A stretch of DNA of 25,447 nt, from positions 1 to 25,447 of IMG/VR virus record IMGVR_UViG_3300033076_000130; one strand, 5' to 3'. Below the pieces are notes generated by a model. That model had not been told where the DNA came from. It did not search any database and worked only from the letters and a program-made list of their open reading frames with translations. Each line of letters starts with the position of its first letter. Within the stretch, counting starts at the first letter, position 1. Below, piece by piece: positions 23,795-25,447 of the stretch. A program made the translations under genes and the position numbers. The stretch comes from a virus. Taxonomy: Duplodnaviria; Caudoviricetes.

Positions 23795-24444
23795 AGAACA
23801 AATTCTCTGTGTGTTAGTTGAACAAAGTTAGAATTATTTTTCCAGATATCAGGTGTTTGTGTAGGGTTTGATACATGAACAAACTTCGTTGACGGATACG
23901 ACATCATCAGTTGATTTAGTTGCCCGGCCCAATCTTTATGCCCTAGCTCTGCATCATCGTGATAACCTAATAAAAATACTTCTTGATGACCGTCAAACGC
24001 AGCAAGGTATGGTAATGCTACTTGAGGAATGATTCTAGGATTGTAAGGTATTGGGTAAAACACGCCAGGATACTCTAGGCACCACTTTGGTGATGTATAT
24101 ATTGTGCATTTATTGTAAGCGTGTTCGTTAATAAGCTCGTGTAGGACTTCGCCATCTCGTTCGATCACAAAATCCAATTGCATTAACTTAGCAATTTCTC
24201 CGGTACCGTATGTTTGTAATTTTTTACTACCTAGCAGTCCACCTTTGTGATGTTGTAATATAGTAAAATCAAAATATTGTGAATCAGCTGTGCTACCAAC
24301 ACAAGCTGCTCGGCCAGAAATATGATTATTTTCAATCGGGTTTGGGATCCATTCTCGACGAACTCTTTTCTTGCCCTCAGCCCATAGTGAATTTGTAATA
24401 ACAAATTCTCCAGTATAATCTTTTCTATAACGTTCTGTAATCAT
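23779..24444 (-). CDS. Hypothetical protein, possibly MptE/GT29-like Rossmann fold
   Basis: 221 aa; AACVGS near the start and LAAFDGHQEVFLLGYH resemble that superfamily; functional assignment is weak. Confidence 0.6.
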   Translation of the reverse strand: MITERYRKDYTGEFVITNSLWAEGKKRVRREWIPNPIENNHISGRAACVGSTADSQYFDFTILQHHKGGLLGSKKLQTYGTGEIAKLMQLDFVIERDGEVLHELINEHAYNKCTIYTSPKWCLEYPGVFYPIPYNPRIIPQVALPYLAAFDGHQEVFLLGYHDDAELGHKDWAGQLNQLMMSYPSTKFVHVSNPTQTPDIWKNNSNFVQLTHREFVLYCDI

Positions 24445-25424
24445 AATCTTCCTACTACTACTTCAATTGATTTAACCGATGACTCAGGCCAATCTTCTAG
24501 TGATTTGCCGATCATACAACCCGGGCGGTATGTTTCTTCGTCTAGTGCTTGTGCCACTCCTGGTAAAACACTACTTACTAATCTATCACCTTTTTTTACA
24601 GGACCTAATACTTGACACGGAACTCGACCTGTTAGTGCAACGGGCACAGAATTTAAATTAGAAAGGCCGCTGTTCATTAGGTAACTTGGATTAGTGGATA
24701 CAACACCAGCAATACGAGTGCTAGATTCGGTTGTAGTTATTGTAACTTCGTGTGTGCCACCAAACTCAACCACTGTGCCAGGCATGTAGGTTTGATCGCC
24801 TTGATACATTTCTGCCAAGTCAGCATATTGTGCAGAAGTTGCTTTGGCAAACACAGTATTGAAATACAATGCTGAACTACCGATATTACCAGTTCCGTTA
24901 GCACCAGTGTTAATAATACTGTTTGTGTAAAGTGTTCCAACAATACCGGTCGAAGTAGTGTTACCTGTTACTGTTACACCAGTTGTAGATATAACAACAA
25001 CGTTGCTTGTGCCGCCAATGGTAATATTAGCGTTGCCACCGCTAGTGCCAATATTAGCTTCAGATGTGCCGTTGAAGATTTTACTTGCGCTTAGGCCAGT
25101 TATAAATGTTCCATTACCAAGTAAGTAAGTTCCTTGGAGGTTACCTGACGCAGTAATGTTTCCTGTTGCACTGATTAACCCAGTTACATATTCTCCAGCT
25201 GTTGAAAAAACAGCTACGTTTGATGTTCCTGCAATGGTTATATTGGCATTGCCATTTGTTGCTGTAGTTACGTTGGTTGTTCCGTTTACAAGAGAGCTTC
25301 CGCCGCCGCCTGCCGATCCGGGCACACGAGTCCACGAACGTTGTGCCGATGCATACACATAAGTTATGCTGTTGACATTTGCTAGTTCGCCGTTTATAGG
25401 GCTAGTGGGAAAAGTTGCTGCCAT
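24441..25424 (-). CDS. Fibre-like virion protein with a C-terminal peptidase-G2-like chaperone/autocleavage domain
   Basis: G/N/T-rich beta repeats; SAQYADLAEMY...GTVV..GG..EV...AGVVSTNP.YLMN...PVALTGRVPC.V.GPV.KGD.LVSS..PG.A...IGKSLE. Confidence 0.8.
   Translation of the reverse strand: MAATFPTSPINGELANVNSITYVYASAQRSWTRVPGSAGGGGSSLVNGTTNVTTATNGNANITIAGTSNVAVFSTAGEYVTGLISATGNITASGNLQGTYLLGNGTFITGLSASKIFNGTSEANIGTSGGNANITIGGTSNVVVISTTGVTVTGNTTSTGIVGTLYTNSIINTGANGTGNIGSSALYFNTVFAKATSAQYADLAEMYQGDQTYMPGTVVEFGGTHEVTITTTESSTRIAGVVSTNPSYLMNSGLSNLNSVPVALTGRVPCQVLGPVKKGDRLVSSVLPGVAQALDEETYRPGCMIGKSLEDWPESSVKSIEVVVGRL
24984..25286 (-). repeat. Two imperfect ~30-aa repeats in the fibre shaft (25200-25286 and 24984-25073)
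   Basis: NGTTNVTTATNGNANITIAGTSNVAVFST versus NGTSEANIGTSGGNANITIGGTSNVVVIST. Confidence 0.8.
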
Positions 25425-25447
25425 TACGTTATCCTAATAGCATATTT

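Noticed and set aside
1-25447. Stop-codon reassignment, as seen in some large phages
   Set aside because: All conserved genes are intact and densely packed in the standard code; TAA, TGA and one TAG appear as stops at sensible ends.
25431-25447. Possible late promoter for the fibre gene at the window edge
   Set aside because: Only AAATA is visible before the sequence ends, so it cannot be confirmed; SD AGGA is present.
1-25447. CRISPR arrays, tRNA or other structured RNA genes
   Set aside because: No intergenic gap exceeds ~95 bp, the largest gaps are explained by promoters and a terminator, and no periodic repeats or cloverleafs were seen.

Overview
Virion-morphogenesis region of a large T4-like (Tevenvirinae-related/jumbo-type) myovirus, read in the standard genetic code. 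Recognisable genes: terminase large subunit (gp17-like), probable small subunit, head-completion nuclease (gp4-like), tube-initiator-like protein, tail tube (gp19), an enlarged 1112-aa tail sheath (gp18), neck proteins (gp13, gp14), tail terminator (gp15), a fibre with a C-terminal chaperone/autocleavage-type domain, dNMP kinase, DEDDh exonuclease, Nudix hydrolase, a secreted non-specific endonuclease, two SGNH-like proteins and a GT-A-like protein. Portal, prohead protease and major capsid genes are not in the window. Three features stand out. (1) A cluster of probable head-internal proteins with T4-style capsid-targeting N-termini and repeated hydrophobic-x-E sites looks like protease-processed polyproteins of small modules. 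One module is RMF/CrpP-like, 52 aa, and flanked by an exact 17-bp direct repeat encoding GVAEG. (2) Eight genes have a promoter -10 element (late TAAATA or sigma70 TATAAT) only 4-7 nt before the ATG, implying systematic leaderless mRNAs, whereas high-copy structural genes have SD leaders. (3) A hairpin over the gp13 start overlaps its late promoter, like a T4 early/late translational switch. All family assignments come from motif recognition by eye; no searches were run.
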